NCBI GenBank assembly: GCA_964416795.1
Contig: CAYQFD010000001.1
Span: forward strand, 12,845 to 38,581
DNA: 25,737 bases
DNA from: an uncultured Ruminococcus sp.
GTDB taxonomy: Bacteria > Bacillota > Clostridia > Oscillospirales > Acutalibacteraceae
Reading direction: 5' to 3'
Positions 9,332 to 18,597 of the stretch are shown here, piece by piece. The position numbers were made by a program, and so were the translations under genes. The notes beneath the pieces are model-generated. The model was not told where the DNA came from. It saw nothing but the letters and a program-made list of their open reading frames with translations, and did no database searches. The stretch's first letter is position 1. The number at the start of each line of letters is the position of its first letter.

Positions 9332-10327
9332 TTACACTTCCCTTTCGATTTGCAGTTCTAAATTTTTGAGTCCTGTTTTTTCTTTCACTTTACAATTAAA
9401 GCCCTTGCTCTCCAAAAAAACAATATTACTCCTCTTCTGACCTATCATTTTTGAAACGTCGGACTTGCCAACATAAATTGTATAATCACCCTTGCCGTTC
9501 ATCAGTTTCAGCGCTTTTTTGAGCATTATTGAAGAAAGACAAAGCTCACTGAAAGCAGGATGCCAAGGCCCTGCAAGATATGCGTCACTCTCTATAGAAT
9601 GAAGACCCAATCGAATAACCTTAATACCCGCTTCTTCAAACATAGTATAAAGCCTTGACGCTAAATTAACAGTGTCGTTAAGAGCTTGCGGACTGTAAAT
9701 ACCATCAAGATAAAGTGCCGCCAAATGAGTATCCTTTAACACGATTGTGGGGTAAATTCTCACTGTATCAGGCTTAATTTCAATAACCTTTTGGGCAGTT
9801 TTAATAGCCTTTTCATCTGTATCGGTGTAAAGTCCTGTCATAATTTGCAGACCCAATTCAAAACCGAACTCTTTGATTAACGCCGATGCTCTCTCTACAT
9901 CCTTGCAGGTATGTCCGCGGTTGTTCATTTTAAGAACACTGTCATTAAGGCTTTGCGCGCCGAGCTCAATAGAGGTTACATTATTTTCTTTTAAGATGGT
10001 TAAAATTTCACTGTCAATAGCATCAGGTCGGGTTGAAATTCTAATTCCACACGCGTCACCATTTTTTACACACTGTGAAGCTGTAGCTAAAAGTGACATC
10101 ATATAGTTTCTGTTAATAGCTGTAAAGCTACCGCCAAAAAAAGCAATTTGTGTTGTGGCAGGATCGTATTTTGCTGATTTTTTTGCCTCGTTTACTGCTT
10201 TAATAACGTCTTCAGGGTGTGGCGCCTTGCAAACACCTGTAATATGTCTTTGATTGCAAAAGCTACACTTATTAGGACACCCAATATGAGGGACAAAAAT
10301 TGAGATATTAGAGTGAACAGCACTCAT
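9332..10327 (-). CDS. Radical SAM protein, Elp3/YhcC-like, no acetyltransferase domain; function unknown
   Basis: CPNKCSFC (CxxxCxxC), AFFGGSFT, RISTRPD, IELGAQS, RGH, RIYPT and GPWHPAF motifs; ATGA overlap with rnc. Confidence 0.88.
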   Translation of the reverse strand: MSAVHSNISIFVPHIGCPNKCSFCNQRHITGVCKAPHPEDVIKAVNEAKKSAKYDPATTQIAFFGGSFTAINRNYMMSLLATASQCVKNGDACGIRISTRPDAIDSEILTILKENNVTSIELGAQSLNDSVLKMNNRGHTCKDVERASALIKEFGFELGLQIMTGLYTDTDEKAIKTAQKVIEIKPDTVRIYPTIVLKDTHLAALYLDGIYSPQALNDTVNLASRLYTMFEEAGIKVIRLGLHSIESDAYLAGPWHPAFSELCLSSIMLKKALKLMNGKGDYTIYVGKSDVSKMIGQKRSNIVFLESKGFNCKVKEKTGLKNLELQIEREV

Positions 10328-11004
10328 ATCTGTGCACCCATAAGCTCGAGCGCCTGCCTAGCCGCCGCCTGTTCGGCGTTCTTTTTCGATTTACCAGTAC
10401 CTTTGCCGATTACATTTGAATTAAGGTGCACCTCAACCTCAAACACTTTGTTGTGGTCAGGACCTGATTCACCTGTTAAAATATATGTTACCGACTCTTC
10501 AGGATTACGCTGAATAATCTCCTGTAAGGCGGTTTTATAATCCTTAAACACTTCGTCGTCTGTATGTGAAAGCTCGGGCAAAATAAATCTTAAAACGTGT
10601 TTTTTAGCGATTTCCATACCGCCGTCAAGGTACATAGCCGCTAAAACTGCCTCAAAAGCATCGGCTAATATAGAATCTCTTTCTCTACCGCCGCCTTTTT
10701 CTTCGCCCTTTCCTAAGTGTAAAAACTCGCCTAAATGAAGCTCACGCGAAAAAGCACATAGAGATTTTTCACAAACAAGAGATGCTCTAAGCTTAGTAAG
10801 TTCACCCTCAGGCAAATTTTTAAAGTTGTTGAACAAGTAATCCGAAGTAATAACCGATAAAACCGAATCTCCTAAAAATTCAAGTCTTTCGTTAGAGGTA
10901 GCACCGTTTCTCACTTCATTGGCATAAGAGGAATGCGAGAGAGCATTTTCGAGCAACTTTTTATTTTTAAAGATGTATCCTAAATTTTGTTCTAAAGCCT
11001 TCAT
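10324..11004 (-). CDS. rnc: Ribonuclease III
   Basis: Signature NERLEFLGDSVL, ADAFEA, C-terminal dsRBD DYKTALQE...GKSKKNAEQAAA. Confidence 0.98.
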   Translation of the reverse strand: MKALEQNLGYIFKNKKLLENALSHSSYANEVRNGATSNERLEFLGDSVLSVITSDYLFNNFKNLPEGELTKLRASLVCEKSLCAFSRELHLGEFLHLGKGEEKGGGRERDSILADAFEAVLAAMYLDGGMEIAKKHVLRFILPELSHTDDEVFKDYKTALQEIIQRNPEESVTYILTGESGPDHNKVFEVEVHLNSNVIGKGTGKSKKNAEQAAARQALELMGAQI

Positions 11005-11015
11005 CTAAAAAAACC

Positions 11016-12008
11016 TTATTCCTGTGTTAAATTAGCGGTTATCGTGTCAATAACCTTAGTTTCGGTAAATGTTACCGCCTGTCTTATAGCATTTTTTATA
11101 GCCTTTGCGTCAGAGCTGCCGTGTGCCTTGATTACAGTCGATTTTACGCCTAAAAGCGGCGCACCGCCCACCTCTGAGCTATCCATCATAGCTTTAAGTG
11201 AATATAAGTCCTTTTTAAGTACCAGTGCTGAGATTTTATTAAGTAAATTCTTATAAAGAACATTCTTAACCATTTTAAAGAATGTGGTAGCGGTACCCTC
11301 TATAAGCTTTAATGCGATATTGCCTGTAAAACCGTCCGTAATCACCGCATCGCAAACACCCTTAGGCATTTCGCGTGACTCAATATTGCCAACAAAATTA
11401 ATTGGTGCTTCGCTCAGTAGCTTATAAGCCTCTTTTTGAAGCTCGGTGCCCTTAGAGTCCTCAACGCCTATGTTAAGAAGTGCAATCTTTGGATTTGCGA
11501 TTCCCTCTACGCATTTAAGATATACACTCGCCATAACACCAAACTGACAAAGCATTTCAGGTCGGCATTCAGCATTAGCACCCATATCCATAAGCATATA
11601 ATGACCGTTCGGCGACGGAATAAGTCCAGCTAAAGCAGGTCTTTTAATGCCCTTGATTCTCTTAACCAAAAGTGTTCCACCTACAACTACCGCACCTGTA
11701 GAGCCTGCCGACACAAATGCGTCTGCCCTACCCTCTGTCAATTCCTTAAAGGCTAAAGCCATAGAACTTTCAGAATGTGCTTTTAAAAGTGTTGTGGGGT
11801 CATCGTGCATTGAGATTATGTCTTTTGTATCAACAATTTTAAGCTCGCCCGAAAATGCAAGCTTATTTTCACTGATAATTCTTTCTATTTCCTCGCGGTT
11901 GCCCGTAAGGGTGATGTCAACCGAAAGCTCATTTGAAGCCAATGCAGCGCCCTTTACAATTTCTAAAGGTGCATTGTCGCCGCCGTAGGCGTCTACTACT
12001 ATTCGCAT
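11016..12008 (-). CDS. plsX: Phosphate acyltransferase PlsX
   Basis: VDAYGGDNAP, SAGSTGA, RPAL, DMGAN, LLNIGVE..KG, DGFTGNIALK and KAHGSS motifs. Confidence 0.97.
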   Translation of the reverse strand: MRIVVDAYGGDNAPLEIVKGAALASNELSVDITLTGNREEIERIISENKLAFSGELKIVDTKDIISMHDDPTTLLKAHSESSMALAFKELTEGRADAFVSAGSTGAVVVGGTLLVKRIKGIKRPALAGLIPSPNGHYMLMDMGANAECRPEMLCQFGVMASVYLKCVEGIANPKIALLNIGVEDSKGTELQKEAYKLLSEAPINFVGNIESREMPKGVCDAVITDGFTGNIALKLIEGTATTFFKMVKNVLYKNLLNKISALVLKKDLYSLKAMMDSSEVGGAPLLGVKSTVIKAHGSSDAKAIKNAIRQAVTFTETKVIDTITANLTQE

Positions 12009-12010
12009 AA

Positions 12011-13306
12011 TTAACTCTCCTTAAAAATTTTGAGTGAACGCTGTGCCAAAGCCATATAACGTTCTCTTTTATCCTTAATTTTCGTATCGAGTGGGGGCAA
12101 AATCCCAAAATTTGCCCCCATAGGCTGAAAATTCTCTACCGTTTGATCGCAAATATATGAAAGCAACGCGCCAATCATAGTAAAACGCGGCAAAATAAGC
12201 GGTTCATCTCCGTTAATTTTTGCCAGTGCATTAATTCCTGCCACAATTCCGCTTGCCGCAGATTCCATATAACCCTCAACACCCGAAAGCTGTCCTGCAA
12301 AGAAAATATTATCATTTTGTTTCAAAGACAAATCGTTCTTCAAAAGCCTTGGTGAATTTATAAATGTATTTCGGTGCATAACACCGTATCTGACGAATTC
12401 TGCATTTTTGAGTCCCGGTATCATTGAAAATACTCTTTTTTGCTCAGGGAATTTGAGATTGGTCTGAAAACCCACAAGGTTATAAAGACTTCCGTCATCA
12501 TTTTCACGTCTTAACTGAACTACTGCCCAAGGTCGCTGCTGGGTTCTCGGGTCTCTGAGCCCTACGGGCTTTAAAGGACCAAAACGTATTGAATCCTCGC
12601 CGCGACGTGCCAAAATTTCAACAGGCATACAGCCCTCATAAACATTAACTGGTCGGTCGAAATCCTTTAAAGGCGCACCCTCAGCAGAAATAAGCTCATT
12701 ATAAAACGCGGTATACTCTTCCCTGTTCATCGGGCAGTTAATATAATCGTCTGTCCCCTTACCGTAACGCGAAGCAGTAAAAGCTACGCTCATATCAATA
12801 CTGTCAGCCGTAACAATCGGTGCTGCCGCATCAAAGAAGCTTAAATTTCCGCCGTCACAAAGCTTTGCGATATCATTTGCCAATTCGTCATCAGTTAAAG
12901 GTCCTGTTGCAATAACGGTAACACAGTCTTGCGGAATTTTTTTAACCACTTCATTAACAACAGTGATATTTGGATGGGATTTAATTTTTTCAGTAATGAG
13001 TTTTGAAAAAATATCTCTGTCCACCGCCAAAGCACCGCCTGCCGCTACAGAGCATTTATCTGTAACACTAAGGCAAACAGAGCCAAGACGCCGCATTTCT
13101 TCTTTGAGAAGACCTGCCGCAGAGTCAACCCTTGAAGCTTTTAGTGAGTTAGAGCACACAAGCTCTGCAAATAAATCTGATTTATGGGCGGGTGTCTTTT
13201 TCAAAGGCTTCATTTCAATAAGTGTAACCTTAGCACCGCCGTTTGCTATCTGCCATGCCGCCTCACACCCTGCAAGACCGGCACCTACAACAGTAACATT
13301 TTTCAT
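12011..13306 (-). CDS. trmFO: Folate/FAD-dependent tRNA m5U54 methyltransferase TrmFO (Gid)
   Basis: GAGLAGCEAA, ELVCSNS, EGCMPVE, FGPLKPVGL, RYGVMHRNTF and GVEGYMES motifs. Confidence 0.97.
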   Translation of the reverse strand: MKNVTVVGAGLAGCEAAWQIANGGAKVTLIEMKPLKKTPAHKSDLFAELVCSNSLKASRVDSAAGLLKEEMRRLGSVCLSVTDKCSVAAGGALAVDRDIFSKLITEKIKSHPNITVVNEVVKKIPQDCVTVIATGPLTDDELANDIAKLCDGGNLSFFDAAAPIVTADSIDMSVAFTASRYGKGTDDYINCPMNREEYTAFYNELISAEGAPLKDFDRPVNVYEGCMPVEILARRGEDSIRFGPLKPVGLRDPRTQQRPWAVVQLRRENDDGSLYNLVGFQTNLKFPEQKRVFSMIPGLKNAEFVRYGVMHRNTFINSPRLLKNDLSLKQNDNIFFAGQLSGVEGYMESAASGIVAGINALAKINGDEPLILPRFTMIGALLSYICDQTVENFQPMGANFGILPPLDTKIKDKRERYMALAQRSLKIFKES

Positions 13307-13307
13307 T

Positions 13308-15401
13308 TTAGGATTCCTTTTTGGTTTTAGTTGTTTTAACCCTTGTTACGCAGTTGGCGTTCATACAGTATTTTCTGCCACGGATACCTGCGATAAGATA
13401 ATCGCCGCATTCAGTACATTTTTCACCTGTTGGTACACCGGGGGCAGCGAAATCGCACTCAGGATAATTCGAGCAACCATAGAACTTTTTGCCTTTTTTA
13501 GAAATTTTCTTTAAAAGCTTAGCTCCGCATTTTGGACAGGGCTGTTTTACCTCATCCTCAGGCACAGGCTTTGTATTTTTACAGGTAGGATAATTAGGAC
13601 AAGCTAAGAACTTACCGAATCTGCCGCTGCGGATAACCATTTTACTGCCGCACTTTTCGCAGACAACATCTGTTTCAACGACGGGCACTTTAACGCGTTT
13701 TCCGGTAAGCGATTCTTCTGCCTTTTTAAAATGCTTATCAAAATCGCCGTAGAAATCTTCAATAGTCTTAACCCATTCAAGCTCACCAGCACCGATTTTA
13801 TCAAGCTTTACCTCAAGTCCGGCAGTAAACTTAACATCGAATATTTTGTTGAAATATTCAACCATCAGATCCGAAACCACCATACCGAGATTTGTGGGCT
13901 TTAGAGTTTTCTTAACCCTTTCAATATAATCACGGTTCAGAATATTTGAAAGAATCGGCGCATAGGTTGAAGGTCTGCCTATACCGTTATCATCAAGCGC
14001 CTTTATGAGCGTAGGCTCAGTGTAGCGTGCGGGTGGTTGTGTAAAGTGCTGATTTGAGGTGAGTTCCTTTAATTTAAGAACATCACCCTCGCTCATATCG
14101 GGTAAATTAACCTCATTATCACCCTCTTCATCTTTACCCTCCACATAAAGAACAGTAAAGCCTGGGAAACGGACAGAATATCCGCTAGCCTTAAACATAT
14201 AGTCGCCGGCTATAATACTAACATTTACAGTATCCTGAACGCAAACAGCCATCAAAGAGGCTATAAAACGTTCCCAGATAAGCTTGTAAAGCTTATATTG
14301 TTCTGTAGTAAGCGAAGACTTTATATCATCAGGCGAAAGATTAATAACTGTAGGACGGATTGCCTCGTGAGCATCCTGAGCACCGCTTTTAGTTTTAAAA
14401 TAGCGCGGAGTACTGGGCAGATAATTTGCACCGAAACGGTTAGAAATATAAGCGTTTGCGGCACTTCTTGCCTCTTCTGAAATACGCAGAGAGTCGGTAC
14501 GCATATAGGTTATAAGACCTGTCGCACCAATACCTGCAATTTCGACACCCTCATAAAGCTGTTGAGCAATACGCATTGTTTTCTGACCTGTAAAGCCAAG
14601 CTTGCGCGATGCTTCCTGTTGTAAGGTAGAAGTAATAAAAGGAGGTGCAGGCTGACGGTTGCGTTTACCCTTTTTAACCTCAGCAACAGTGTAAGAGGCA
14701 TCGTTCAAATCGTTTACTATTTTTTGTGCCGATGCTTCATCAGGTATAATTTCAATTTTCTTGCCATCCTTATCACCAAAAAGCTTAGCAGTGAACGATT
14801 TTCTGCCTGACAGCAATTTTGCATCAATAGACCAAAATTCCGTAGCATCAAATTTTTCAATTTCGCGTTCACGCTCAACTATAAGTCTTAGCGCTACAGT
14901 CTGCACACGTCCTGCAGACAAACCGCTTTTAACCTTTTTCCAAAGGAAAGGACTTAATTTATAGCCAACTATTCTATCAAGCACACGGCGAGCTTGTTGA
15001 GCATCAACCAAATTAAGATTAAGCTTTCTCGGCTCTTTAATACCCGCGGTAACACCTGTTTTTGTGATTTCATTAAAGGTAACACGGTTTTCATCATTCA
15101 TATCAAGACCTAATATCTGTGCTAAGTGCCAAGAAATCGCCTCACCCTCTCTATCAGGGTCGGTGGCTAAAAATACCTGCTCGCTGTTTGCGGCGGCAGT
15201 TTTTAAGGATTTGATAACTTCCTTCTTTTCAGGCATATTTGAATATTGCGGTTTAAAACCGTTTTCAATATCTACACCTAGCTTTGATTTAGGCAGGTCG
15301 CGGATATGACCTACAGATGCCATAACCTTATAGTCATCACCTAAATATTTCTGTATACTTTTTATCTTGTTTGGAGACTCAACAATTAGAAGCTTTGACA
15401 T
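13308..15401 (-). CDS. topA: DNA topoisomerase I (type IA)
   Basis: IVESPNK, ATDPDREGE, SAGRVQ, catalytic ITYMRTDS, GIGRPSTY and three C-terminal C4 zinc ribbons. Confidence 0.98.
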   Translation of the reverse strand: MSKLLIVESPNKIKSIQKYLGDDYKVMASVGHIRDLPKSKLGVDIENGFKPQYSNMPEKKEVIKSLKTAAANSEQVFLATDPDREGEAISWHLAQILGLDMNDENRVTFNEITKTGVTAGIKEPRKLNLNLVDAQQARRVLDRIVGYKLSPFLWKKVKSGLSAGRVQTVALRLIVEREREIEKFDATEFWSIDAKLLSGRKSFTAKLFGDKDGKKIEIIPDEASAQKIVNDLNDASYTVAEVKKGKRNRQPAPPFITSTLQQEASRKLGFTGQKTMRIAQQLYEGVEIAGIGATGLITYMRTDSLRISEEARSAANAYISNRFGANYLPSTPRYFKTKSGAQDAHEAIRPTVINLSPDDIKSSLTTEQYKLYKLIWERFIASLMAVCVQDTVNVSIIAGDYMFKASGYSVRFPGFTVLYVEGKDEEGDNEVNLPDMSEGDVLKLKELTSNQHFTQPPARYTEPTLIKALDDNGIGRPSTYAPILSNILNRDYIERVKKTLKPTNLGMVVSDLMVEYFNKIFDVKFTAGLEVKLDKIGAGELEWVKTIEDFYGDFDKHFKKAEESLTGKRVKVPVVETDVVCEKCGSKMVIRSGRFGKFLACPNYPTCKNTKPVPEDEVKQPCPKCGAKLLKKISKKGKKFYGCSNYPECDFAAPGVPTGEKCTECGDYLIAGIRGRKYCMNANCVTRVKTTKTKKES

Positions 15402-15425
15402 ATTTTTCCTCCATTTAAAAAGTGC

Positions 15426-16571
15426 TTATAATTTTTCGTATTTTCCACCAGGAAGGGCTCTAATTAAAAATTCCATTTCAAGCTCGGTAAGTGCTGAAAG
15501 CAGTTGACCGTCACTCAAATTCGGAACAGATATTTCCTCGGGAAAGAAAAACTGCTTATCCAATTGATTATACACTATTTTTGCTTCATTTGAAAGTGTT
15601 TCCGTAAATTTTTTTTGAATTTTTTTATTAATTTTTTCTTCCTTTGATTTTGATTCTGCAATCGGTGACTTTTCGAATGCTTTTTCAACATTAATTTTAT
15701 CAGGGAAACGGATAATATATTCACTGAAAATATCAGAAACATCTAAAAGAGGCTTCGCACCGTCGCGAAGTAATGCATTAGAGCCCTCATACTCGCGTTT
15801 ATTTGGTGAGCCGGGTACTACGAATACATCTCTGCCCTGCTCATTTGCGTGCCGCGCAGTAATAAGCGCTCCGCTTCGGTTCGGTGCCTCAATTACAACA
15901 GTACCAAGAGTCAGCGCCGACATAATACGGTTTCTCACAGGAAATGTATATCTAGTAGGCTCTGAGTAAGGCGGATATTCACTTAAAAGACATCCGCTTT
16001 TTGAAACTGCATTGCGAAGCTTTTTATTTTCAGGCAGATAATCACTCATAATTCCACAGCCCATACAAAGCACCGTCTTACCCGCCGCCTTTAGCGCTCC
16101 TGCGTGTGCATAGGTATCTGTTCCCAAAGCACCGCCGCTTACAACAGTAAAACCGCTCGCCGCTAAGCGATAGCTCAAGGAGTAAGCCGCCTTTTTACCG
16201 AATTCACTCACCTTGCGCGGTCCTACAACGCAAACCGAAGGCAAATTGTCAAAATCGGGTAAATTTCCTTTCACATAAAGAACTATAGGGGCATCGTCTA
16301 AAACAGACAGGCAATAAGGATATTTTTCACTGCCAAAGCCAATAATTTCAATACTGTTTTTTCGACAATCGGCAATGATTTCAAGTGCCGATGACAGTGA
16401 AGCACCGTTTAATTTTTCAAGCTCTTTTCTAGTGAAAATTTTACTATCAGCACGCTCTTTAGGTGTTGCTTTATAAATATTCTCCGCTGAGGAAAAATGT
16501 GAAAGTGCCTTTACAGCGTGAGGATTAGCGGCACCCAAAGCACATTGAAGCCAAATAAGATATCTCATCAT
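15426..16571 (-). CDS. dprA: DNA-processing protein DprA (Smf)
   Basis: YPYCL....DAP..LY, VGPR, SGGALGTD, SEYPP, FPVRNRIMSAL, SGALITA and VPG motifs; C-terminal winged helix (LTELEM). Start placed at ATG 16571 (ATGA overlap with upstream stop); GTG 16586 is an alternative. Confidence 0.95.
   Translation of the reverse strand: MMRYLIWLQCALGAANPHAVKALSHFSSAENIYKATPKERADSKIFTRKELEKLNGASLSSALEIIADCRKNSIEIIGFGSEKYPYCLSVLDDAPIVLYVKGNLPDFDNLPSVCVVGPRKVSEFGKKAAYSLSYRLAASGFTVVSGGALGTDTYAHAGALKAAGKTVLCMGCGIMSDYLPENKKLRNAVSKSGCLLSEYPPYSEPTRYTFPVRNRIMSALTLGTVVIEAPNRSGALITARHANEQGRDVFVVPGSPNKREYEGSNALLRDGAKPLLDVSDIFSEYIIRFPDKINVEKAFEKSPIAESKSKEEKINKKIQKKFTETLSNEAKIVYNQLDKQFFFPEEISVPNLSDGQLLSALTELEMEFLIRALPGGKYEKL
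15567..15594 (-). promoter_or_regulatory. Candidate internal promoter for topA within the dprA 3' end
   Basis: Minus strand TTCAAA-N16-TATAAT preceded by A-tracts (15608-15640); -10 about 165 nt upstream of the topA start. Confidence 0.35.
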
Positions 16572-17344
16572 TTCATCATTTCCCACATTGCAATAGAAGC
16601 GGCAATAGCGGCATTAAGAGATTCCGCCTTACCCGACATTCTTATCGTCACAAGAGAGTTTGATACCGTTTTTACAGCATCGGTGATACCGTTTGCCTCA
16701 TTGCCTATTATAACAACCGAACCGTTTTTAAAAGAAACATCCTTTATATCCTTAGCGTCACTATCAACCACGCAGGAATAGCTTTTAAGTCCCGAATTTT
16801 TAATGTCTTCTGCAAAGTCCTTAAAAATTATGAGCGGCATTCTTAGAAGCGTTCCCATCGAAGCGCGCAAAACCTTTGGTGAATATGGGTCGCAGGTATT
16901 GTCCGACATAATAATTCCTGTAACTCCAAGTGCTTCGGCGGTACGCGAAATTGCGCCTAAATTTGAAGGGTCCGAAAGATTTTCAAGTGCTATGTATCTG
17001 CCGTTTTTATCAATCTCAGGACTTTTCTGCGATATTTTCGCAACTGCTAAAACGCCTTGCGGAGAGGATGTATCGCTAATTTTTTTGAAAAGACCGTCAG
17101 GCACAGAATAGCATTCCTTTGAATTTTTGCGAAACTCTTTAATTTCAGTTTTATATTTTTCAAGTGCACTCTGCGATACAATTAACTTATCAAACTGTAT
17201 TCCGTTAATTGCAGCATCATCACAAATACGAAGTCCCTCTAACACAAAAAGACCGTTTTCTCTGCGTGACTTGGAGCTTGTCTGCAACGCGGAAACCAGT
17301 TTGATAAGTGAATTATCCTTGCTTGAAATTGCCTTAAAATCCAT
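16568..17344 (-). CDS. TrmH/SpoU (SPOUT) family RNA 2'-O-methyltransferase
   Basis: DPSNLGAISRTA, RASMG, IIGNEANGI and AESLNAAIA motifs; N-terminal FVLEG..SPQG substrate-binding domain; usual position after rplT. Confidence 0.93.
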   Translation of the reverse strand: MDFKAISSKDNSLIKLVSALQTSSKSRRENGLFVLEGLRICDDAAINGIQFDKLIVSQSALEKYKTEIKEFRKNSKECYSVPDGLFKKISDTSSPQGVLAVAKISQKSPEIDKNGRYIALENLSDPSNLGAISRTAEALGVTGIIMSDNTCDPYSPKVLRASMGTLLRMPLIIFKDFAEDIKNSGLKSYSCVVDSDAKDIKDVSFKNGSVVIIGNEANGITDAVKTVSNSLVTIRMSGKAESLNAAIAASIAMWEMMK

Positions 17345-17359
17345 AAAATCACCTTATAC

Positions 17360-17397
17360 AAAAAATGAAAAAGTCGCCCGTGGATACCCGCGGGCGA
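17360..17397 (-). terminator. Intrinsic terminator after rplT
   Basis: Minus strand TCGCCCGCGG-GTAT-CCACGGGCGA (10-bp stem with one C.A mismatch) followed by CTTTTTCATTTTTT. Confidence 0.85.
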
Positions 17398-17404
17398 TAA
17401 AAAA

Positions 17405-17764
17405 TTATTTATCCAAAGCTTTTTTTGCAGCCTTAACCAATGTTGCAAAACCTGCAGCATCGTTTACAGCCAAATCAGCCAACATTTTGCGATTGATTTG
17501 AACACCTGCTTTGTTTAAGCCGTTGATGAATGAAGAGTAGTTAATATCATTCATTTTGCAAGCAGCAGAAATACGGGTAATCCAAAGTCTGCGGAAATCG
17601 CGTTTTTTCTGCTTACGGCCAACATATGCATAATTGCCGGATTTCATTACGGCTTCTTTCGCAGTCTTAAAGAGTTTAGACTTAGCGCCGAAATAACCTT
17701 TAGCAAGCTTTAAAATCTTTTTTCTTCTTTTGCGTGTTGCCAACGCACCTTTAACACGTGCCAT
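17405..17764 (-). CDS. rplT: 50S ribosomal protein L20
   Basis: MARVKG...[11 protein letters not shown]...[15 protein letters not shown]...[19 protein letters not shown]. Confidence 0.99.
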   Translation of the reverse strand: MARVKGALATRKRRKKILKLAKGYFGAKSKLFKTAKEAVMKSGNYAYVGRKQKKRDFRRLWITRISAACKMNDINYSSFINGLNKAGVQINRKMLADLAVNDAAGFATLVKAAKKALDK

Positions 17765-17792
17765 CTGTGTTTACCTCCATTAAATCTTTTCC

Positions 17793-17990
17793 TTATTTAT
17801 AAGGAATCATTTTCTTAACTGCTGCTACATTTGTTACGTCTGCAGTTACGGTCTTGCGAAGATTTCTCTTACGCTTTGTTGTTTTCTTGTTGAGGATGTG
17901 TGACTTGAAAGCATGTGCTCTTTTTACTTTACCTGTTTTGGTAAGTTTAAAGCGTTTCTTAGCGCCACTGTGTGTTTTAATCTTAGGCAT
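17793..17990 (-). CDS. rpmI: 50S ribosomal protein L35
   Basis: [39 protein letters not shown]. Confidence 0.99.
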   Translation of the reverse strand: MPKIKTHSGAKKRFKLTKTGKVKRAHAFKSHILNKKTTKRKRNLRKTVTADVTNVAAVKKMIPYK

Positions 17991-18020
17991 TTTAAGTCCT
18001 CCCTATTTTTATTTACAAGA

Positions 18021-18539
18021 TTATTTACCCTGTTTTGGAGCAAGGAACATAAGCATATTACGTCCTTCCATTTTAGCAGCCTTTTCAACCGAAGCATATT
18101 CACCGCAAAATTCCGCAAAACGTTTCATAGTGTCAAGTCCAATTTCGGGATGGCCGAGTTCTCTACCTCTGAAACGGATTGAAACCTTTACCTTGTTACC
18201 GTCCTGCAAAAAGCGGATAGCATGCTTGCCCTTTGTTTCAAAGTCATGAACGTCGATACTAAGACCTAAACGAATTTCCTTAACTTCCATAACCTTTTGG
18301 TTCTTTTTGGCTTCCTTCTCGCGCTTTGCCTGATCAAAACGGTATTTACCGTAATCCATTATTTTGCAAACGGGGGGCTGAGCGTTGGGAGAAATACAAA
18401 CCAAATCGAGCTCTGCCTGATATGCGGCATCAAGTGCCTTTGCAATCGAGACAACTCCGAGCTGTGAACCGTCAGCGGAAATTACACGGACTTCCTTAAA
18501 TTTAATATCTTCGTTTATGGCTAATTCTTTACTGCTAAT
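18021..18539 (-). CDS. infC: Translation initiation factor IF-3 (ATT start codon)
   Basis: INEDI...VRVI, LDLV, PPVCKIMDYGKY, KVKVSIRFRGRE. GGAGG at 18549-18553 lies 9 nt before an in-frame ATT at 18539; the ORF-track ATG 18599 is at the edge of the leader terminator. Confidence 0.97.
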   Translation of the reverse strand: MSSKELAINEDIKFKEVRVISADGSQLGVVSIAKALDAAYQAELDLVCISPNAQPPVCKIMDYGKYRFDQAKREKEAKKNQKVMEVKEIRLGLSIDVHDFETKGKHAIRFLQDGNKVKVSIRFRGRELGHPEIGLDTMKRFAEFCGEYASVEKAAKMEGRNMLMFLAPKQGK

Positions 18540-18563
18540 GCTAACGCACCTCCAAATAGGTTT

Positions 18564-18597
18564 AAAAATAAAAGCGTGGACGCAAAAACATCCACGC
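18564..18597 (-). terminator. Attenuator terminator of the L20 leader
   Basis: Minus strand GCGTGGATG-TTTTTG-CGTCCACGC followed by TTTTATTTTT. Confidence 0.88.

Noticed and set aside
12011..13306. Possible Arg codon reassignment (CGG/AGG) as described in some Bacillota
   Set aside because: Spot checks show CGG at a conserved Arg (TrmFO EMRRLGS) and AGG at an Arg/Lys-type position (SPRLL); no in-frame stops in any gene.
16707..16715. Extended -10 TGTTATAAT inside the trmH-like gene upstream of dprA
   Set aside because: No -35 at 16-18 nt, and it is explained by codons of the conserved VVIIG motif; too weak to call.
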